Source: Schizochytrium sp. TIO01 (lineage: Eukaryota; Protista; Bigyra: Labyrinthulomycetes). From it: DNA of 64,000 nt. The stretch spans positions 1,302,001 through 1,366,000 of the forward strand of contig SMSO01000025.1 of the NCBI GenBank assembly GCA_004764695.1. The letters are read 5' to 3'. A program made the translations under genes and the position numbers. Under the pieces are notes generated by a model. It ran no database searches. It was not told where the DNA came from and saw nothing but the letters and a program-made list of their open reading frames with translations. This document shows positions 58,118-64,000 of the stretch, piece after piece. Every line of letters starts with the position of its first letter. Within the stretch, counting starts at the first letter, position 1.

Positions 58118-60815
58118 ATTTTATCTTTTGATTAGCCGATCTAGAAAGTCGCAATTCTCGCTCTAGAAAAGCTCTATGGATGTTTTTCCGCTCCTACCTA
58201 TGCAATGCTCTCCAGCCTACTAGCTTGCGAAGATGAGTGAAACTGATGAAGTTCGAACAGACAAGGGATCTTAATTCTAATCCTGTGCCCGTTCCCCTTT
58301 GCTTGTGCGCTCGTGAGTTCTCAGTATATAATATCTATGCGGGGTGCAACCAAATCAAACTTGAATGCCTCCGACGAAGTCCTTCCCGTCACACACCGCC
58401 TCGCTCACACGCGATGTTGGTGGCACACTCCTCAAGTCCTTGCTCAAGTGAAAGGACAAAGTTTGCCGTACCGCTACTGCGCTGCCTCGCTCAGGGTTGA
58501 CTGCGCTCAGCTCTGATTGGTGTTCTGGTTCGAGTTCATTTGTAGAAATAGCTGTACTAACATTAATTAGACCTCCTACATAGGTAAAACTTAGCAGTAC
58601 AACATAGTAGTAGTACCAAGTATTACTTTTCTCGTAGATCCACTTAACTTTTGCTCTATTGTATATCCTCAGCCCCACAAATACAGTATATTATTTGTAA
58701 AGTATAGAATTGAAACCATAAAGCAGGAAATACTGGAAGTACTTGAACTTTTCAAATAGAGCCTCCCTCACCTTTTGTAACTACTAAACCACTTTTCTTT
58801 TGGTGGTACAACTGCTACTACCATATTGTAGGCAATAAGAAAGACACGTAATAGCCGTTGGCGCAAGATCGAAATTCCGGGACCTTGAATAGGGCATCGT
58901 CAAAGAAAAGGGATTAAATTCACCCTCTAGATCTTCTGTAATTGCAGATAATCGATGATCAAAGGCTGAAGTACACCTAATCGTTTGAGGGTGCACACTG
59001 ACTAGATCCGTATAATGAGTGAATGTCTTGAAGATTGGATTCGGGGTGTTGATCAAGCGCTGCTTAGCTATGAATTCCTTCATTTGTGGACTTTGTCTGA
59101 AAAATGTTTGATTGGCTATCTGATGAAAGGATTAATACTAAAGGCGATTATAAAAGTTCGGACAGATATATTGCGAAATAGGCAGGTGTGAAGAAGCGTA
59201 TATGTTTTGTTTTGTTTTGTTTTATTTTTTAGTGAATCAGAGTATATTTGGGAAGGTTGCTGCAGGTCTTTCGACCGAAGATTTTTAGTCTAAAACCCAC
59301 TCACGATAAGCCTTGCTAGCTCAAACGACATAATTTAAGGCGTGCGTTTCATGTCGATGCCCCACAGAAGAACCCGCGTTAAGTTCTCGAACTCTAAGAA
59401 GTGAAATACACGAACCCTTTAAGGTATTTCTGGAATGTAGTGCACAAATACCTGGTTAAGGATAAATGTACGCTTCTTCCCAGTATGAAACAACCAGCTC
59501 CCAGCCATGTGCATGCTGTGTGTTTTTAGTCTTTTGGTCTGAGGTGTCCCTGATGAGCAATACATATCTGAGATTCTATCCCTCTCTTTGAAATTCCGTA
59601 GCAAATGTAAGCGCAACACATAGACTCGGAACAAGCGGTTGTTAAGTCTGAGATTTCATTGAAAGACAAAAGTATTCTATGAAATCTGACAAAGAAGATA
59701 ACCATAAGATTAAAAGAATATTATGGGAGAGAGAGAATTAGTTTCCGTTTCTATTTCTAAATGATTATTGATTCACTCGAACCTCAAGCCTATTTTTAGT
59801 TGGAAAAACAAAGAATGAAGATTTTATTATTATTATTACTAGTATCAATCCCAATCCTGCACTTTATCCAATTTAAGAACCTGAGGGATTAGATTATCCA
59901 TTTCCCTCGCCCTTTGCATGCTCTCATCGAGGTATTCCGCGCGGGCCTTTTAACTCGAAGCTTACTTGGAAAACCCGTGTTTTGTGATCTCGGTTCTTCT
60001 CAGATCAAAGCTTGTTTGAATTTTAGATAAAATACTATTAGGTCCCTACCTAGCTTCCTCAGAAGGGCCAAGTTCGACTCCTCCAGTTCCAGCTTATAAA
60101 CCCGGCGCTCTTCCGCACACACCCTAGCGCTAGCACTGCTGGCCAGCCTCTGCAGATTTATAAGAGCACCTGGGCATAAGGAAGAGCCAATATCCACCTT
60201 CTGTGGCATGCAGCTACAGCCACTTCATTCCTGCTGCGAGTTTCACTAGAACGGGTCTTTCGTTGGACTGGACTTTATATATTTATTTTTTATTTTTTCA
60301 TTTAAAAAAATCAATCGAAATTGAATTCTAGTTTATTTTAGAAGAAAAGCAGCATCCAAATTCTCCGTCATTAGTTAATATAATAATTCCACGCACTGGG
60401 ACAAGCAAGTGAGCACGTTGAATGAAGATGACGCAGGCGCGTGAAGGGACGACCAAGAACGCAAAAGGCCAAGAAGCTGCAGCCAGCAGATACACGCACG
60501 TATACAGACCTTCGACTACTGATGATTGAACAGTCTTGGAATTGGAATTTAGAGCGGGAAAGCTTGAACGAAAACAGGTAATATTAGGAAAATCTAGGGG
60601 TGTTGACAGACAGGAGAGATAAAGGGAGAAAAGGGGATAAAAATTGTTAGGAATAACAGATACGTACTGTAGGTACTAGGTAGATAGATAAATCATACAG
60701 AGATAGATACACGATTTGGAGACAGATCATCTCCGCAAAGCCCGTTTTTGCGGGCGACTGCGAAGTCCGCGGAGCTTGAGTGGCTGTTACTTACCAGGTT
60801 CCGCTGGAGGCAGCC

Positions 60816-63800
60816 ATGCGGCGGCAACCCTCCTCGTCGGGGCCCTCTGCGTCTCTGCAGGTGCTGACCGAGCCGTCGTCGTCTTCTGGCTCGACGCGGA
60901 TGCCGGCGTCCATGGCGTCGTTGTCGGCCTCTGCGACGACTGTTGTGCGACATGACTCGGAGCTTGGTGACTTTGAGGACTCATTGGCGGATGATGACGC
61001 CGAATCGAGGGCCTTCCGCGAGGCAGAAGCCGACGGACGTGCTACAGAGTCCGTCGCCAGCCTCGACGAAGTCCCGTTTAGCTTCGTTATTCACGACCCT
61101 CAAGCAAGCCTCTTCTTCTTCGAACACCTCTCACAACACGGTGCGAAAATTGATCTTTTAATGTTCTGGATGAGCGTTGAAGAGTACAAACAGTCTGTCG
61201 GAAACGTCAGGTCCCTCACATCTCAGGCGCAGAAATTGTGGGAAAGATATCTCGCCTCTGATCCCAACGTCTTGGACCTCGTCGAAGCTAACTCCGTCGC
61301 GAATTCCGTAAGTCTATACTCTCGAGACGCAGATCTGAAACGCATTCGCAAGGTTGTTGAAAAGGAATCTCCTGTGCTCGATCTTTTTTCGTCAGCACAG
61401 CACTTTGTGGAAGGTGAGCTACGAAGACTGTATAGGGAAGGATTCAGGGAAAGCTCATCGTTTAGGGCACTATTGGCACAACTCAGGGATTCCCGAAAGC
61501 TCTCATTGGGCCAAGTTCTCGACTCCGAGAAATACTCGCCTTTCTTTGCGAGATATATCCAAAAGAACTTGCGAGGACATTTTGGAAATTATCTTTTCCT
61601 TGTCGAGGCAACCGATGGGTATAGGGCCCGAGCTCATGCAAGAGATACTCCGCAACAGCCTAGACTTGCAACTTTCTCATCGACAGGGTCTTCGCCTGCT
61701 ATGCGCAGTGCTCAAACGGCACCAGCTCCAGGATCTACGGAATTTGCAACTGTGTCAGGACCGCAAGGAACAGCGCTCATTGCGAGATCAGGGACAATAT
61801 CTACGCCTCCGACAACGAGGCCTAAGAGTCTGGCGATTCGCACGCAATCACAAGGGTCTGATGCAATCACTCGCCGCCCCGTGAGCGCACCAAAAGAGGG
61901 TCTCCAACCCGTTGATAATTCCAGAATCATGCGTCAGCGTTCGGAACAGTCAGGCGCGGCTTTCGATTTCGAAGATCGGCCGTCATCGGCACCGCGATCA
62001 GGACCGCTGGCCCAGCGAGAGCACGTCAGGCAAACATCAATCATGGACATGCTACCTGTAGGAGCAGCGCCTACTTCTGCAGCACTTGAGCTCCGCATGG
62101 AACGCCAATTCCTTTTGGAACTTCTTGAGGTGGCATATTCTATTCTCGACAGATACTTGAGCCGTAGCTCAAGTCTTGAAGCTACTCTAGTAAGTGACAA
62201 ATCAAAACGATTTGCTGCTCAACAGCTTGAAGAAATATCATCCGAGCTCGGTGGATCTACTGGTAAACTGGCCTCTGTGAGCAGCTTTGCTTCTATCAGT
62301 TCCAATCGTGCTATCCTAGATCAGCTTGCACAGCGGCTTTCAAATGTCTTCATCATGTCACAGCAAGATGTTATTAAGTGGATGCGAGAGACAGTTTTTC
62401 CAGCGTTTCAACAGAGCGAAGGCTACGCTGCACTGCTTGCTCTTGTTGAAGAAGAAACAGCTGAGGCGCACCGCACACGGAAGCGCATTAACACAATTCT
62501 TCATGGCCGAATCTACTCAGAACGCCTGCTTGTTCTGCGGCTCCCGCCGCGCCCAGTGTCTGACGAAAAAGCAGCAAAACTCAGTGACCCAAGCTCTAGT
62601 ATTATTCACCACAACTCTAACCCACGCCTTCGTGTAAGTAAGAGTCGTATTGCTCGGCATGGGGCTGGTATGCTTGACTCCTCAGGATCGTTAAAAAACT
62701 TTCTTCGTTCACACTCGCTGGGCAATCTTCAATCTTTCGGGCAAAAACAACAAGATCATGAATCGTCGCACGCAACTTTTTCTAGAACAGCATCTATTTC
62801 AAAGTTCCGCCAAGACCGTGATGGAGTGTCTAAATCTCGTCGACGGATGTCTAGTTTTCTTTGGAATGGTGTTCATGCTGGTGAGGAGGATGTACCTGTG
62901 ATTTCAGGTGTTGTTAAGCTCACCTGTGACCTTTTGGCTAATGAAAGGCTTCTAGAAGCGAATCCATTGGTTTGTGACTGCGATTGTCACTTTTCCTGTT
63001 CCGACGCGAACTGTACGTGCTCTTGTCTTGTACCTACTCTGTCCTTCCGTGGCGGTGGACTATTATTTCGGTCTCGGACGGAGTTCACCTTAGACCCGAA
63101 TCACCGTATCTTCTCGGCCTCAGGAGGACACAGCGCAAAATCTGAGGATGTCTCTGGTTACCGTGGTCGATCACCAACTGTAGAGGATGAAGATGATACA
63201 GAAGAGGAAACAGAGGGCTATGACGAGGAGGCAAGTGACGCCAACTCATCTCCGTCTGCGCCCAGCAATCAGCAAAGTGGATCTAACCCACACTTCAAGG
63301 GCATTGAAAGCCTAGAGAACCTATCTGGGTTGCCACCTGATCTCCATGCCTATATGCTCCCACTCGGACTCAGTGTACGAATCATTGATCTTGAGCACGC
63401 TGATGCAACAGCAAACGAAAAACTCAAGGTTAACCTTTGGCTTCGACCTACTACAGACCCAGAGAATCTTGGTGGCTTCATTCAGCCTGCGCCTAGGCCC
63501 CGCCGTTCATTTACACGTATTACAATTCGCGAAGTTATTGGTGAGGAGACTTTGGTGCTCACTGCCGCTGATCGGCAGACGGAGATCTGTTATGTGCGGG
63601 AACAACGTATGAGCCCTGCGGAGCGCAAGGAATGGATTGCTGGTGTTCGCGAGCAAGTTATGGAGATGACCCCACCACCGGTTGTCCACCCTATGGTCAT
63701 GCCATGTCGCCTTCACCGTCGTCCAGAGCGTACAAGCAAAACCCGTTTCTGGTATGGTGCTGTACACACTGCATATCGTCTAATTCAAGTTGATTGTCCT

Positions 63801-64000
63801 CTTGCGTCCAAGCGAGATGCGGAAGAATCAAATCTTGACGAGGAAGAAGAAAACTTAAAAAACCTTGACTCTACAAACGATGAGGCAGAAGTGACCACAA
63901 CAGATGATGGTTATCACGAAATTGTGGTTCGACTCGCAAAACATGCTCGGTATGGGCTTGGCATGAACCTAGCGCTTACTAGGGCTGGTTTTGTTGAACT
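60816..64000 (+). CDS. Large signalling protein with two RGS domains, a Cys-rich motif, DENN/PH-like segments and the start of a PDZ domain; continues beyond the right edge
   Basis: Manual translation from the ATG at 60816 is open to 64000 (>1060 codons). RGS1: VIHDPQASLFFFEHL..LLMFWMSVEEYK..AQKLWERYL..LFSSAQHFV..FRESSSF. RGS2 is split: VLDSEKYSPFFARYI..NYLFLVEA // AYSILDRYL..VFIMSQQDVIKWMRETVFPAFQQSEGY. The window ends in IVVRLAKHARYGLGMNL (PDZ carboxylate-binding loop-like). Confidence 0.85.
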   Translation, partial: MRRQPSSSGPSASLQVLTEPSSSSGSTRMPASMASLSASATTVVRHDSELGDFEDSLADDDAESRAFREAEADGRATESVASLDEVPFSFVIHDPQASLFFFEHLSQHGAKIDLLMFWMSVEEYKQSVGNVRSLTSQAQKLWERYLASDPNVLDLVEANSVANSVSLYSRDADLKRIRKVVEKESPVLDLFSSAQHFVEGELRRLYREGFRESSSFRALLAQLRDSRKLSLGQVLDSEKYSPFFARYIQKNLRGHFGNYLFLVEATDGYRARAHARDTPQQPRLATFSSTGSSPAMRSAQTAPAPGSTEFATVSGPQGTALIARSGTISTPPTTRPKSLAIRTQSQGSDAITRRPVSAPKEGLQPVDNSRIMRQRSEQSGAAFDFEDRPSSAPRSGPLAQREHVRQTSIMDMLPVGAAPTSAALELRMERQFLLELLEVAYSILDRYLSRSSSLEATLVSDKSKRFAAQQLEEISSELGGSTGKLASVSSFASISSNRAILDQLAQRLSNVFIMSQQDVIKWMRETVFPAFQQSEGYAALLALVEEETAEAHRTRKRINTILHGRIYSERLLVLRLPPRPVSDEKAAKLSDPSSSIIHHNSNPRLRVSKSRIARHGAGMLDSSGSLKNFLRSHSLGNLQSFGQKQQDHESSHATFSRTASISKFRQDRDGVSKSRRRMSSFLWNGVHAGEEDVPVISGVVKLTCDLLANERLLEANPLVCDCDCHFSCSDANCTCSCLVPTLSFRGGGLLFRSRTEFTLDPNHRIFSASGGHSAKSEDVSGYRGRSPTVEDEDDTEEETEGYDEEASDANSSPSAPSNQQSGSNPHFKGIESLENLSGLPPDLHAYMLPLGLSVRIIDLEHADATANEKLKVNLWLRPTTDPENLGGFIQPAPRPRRSFTRITIREVIGEETLVLTAADRQTEICYVREQRMSPAERKEWIAGVREQVMEMTPPPVVHPMVMPCRLHRRPERTSKTRFWYGAVHTAYRLIQVDCPLASKRDAEESNLDEEEENLKNLDSTNDEAEVTTTDDGYHEIVVRLAKHARYGLGMNLALTRAGFVE

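Overview
Eukaryotic genomic DNA, intron-poor and very rich in microsatellites. Gene content and style suggest a stramenopile, most likely a thraustochytrid/labyrinthulomycete (inference). About 12 protein-coding genes are separated by two large gene-poor stretches (~0.4-9.6 kb and ~38.8-54.7 kb). The main feature is a tandem cluster (11.8-29.5 kb) of four diverged paralogues. Each has an N-terminal HET/TIR-like domain (FVS[QH]xR ... W[IL]D ... NQ ... R[ST]WCVWE, with the TIR-type Glu kept) that carries an SH3-like insert. This is fused directly to 4-14 42-aa TPR repeats, with no NB-ARC/NACHT module. Embedded head-to-head with copy 3 is a WRKY19-type C3H zinc-finger repeat gene ending in a duplicated beta-rich motif. 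The locus looks like an innate-immune receptor/effector cluster. Other genes: a bacterial-type acetolactate synthase (partial, left edge, missed by the ORF track), peroxisomal bifunctional enzyme (PTS1 AKL), an OSCA/TMEM63/TMC-superfamily channel, two-exon FCF1/UTP24, a CASTOR-like ACT protein, a PRA1 protein, and a large RGS-RGS-(DENN/PH-like)-PDZ protein running off the right edge (also missed by the ORF track). Weak remnants of a Ty1/copia element and a LINE-type RT are visible in the intergenic DNA.
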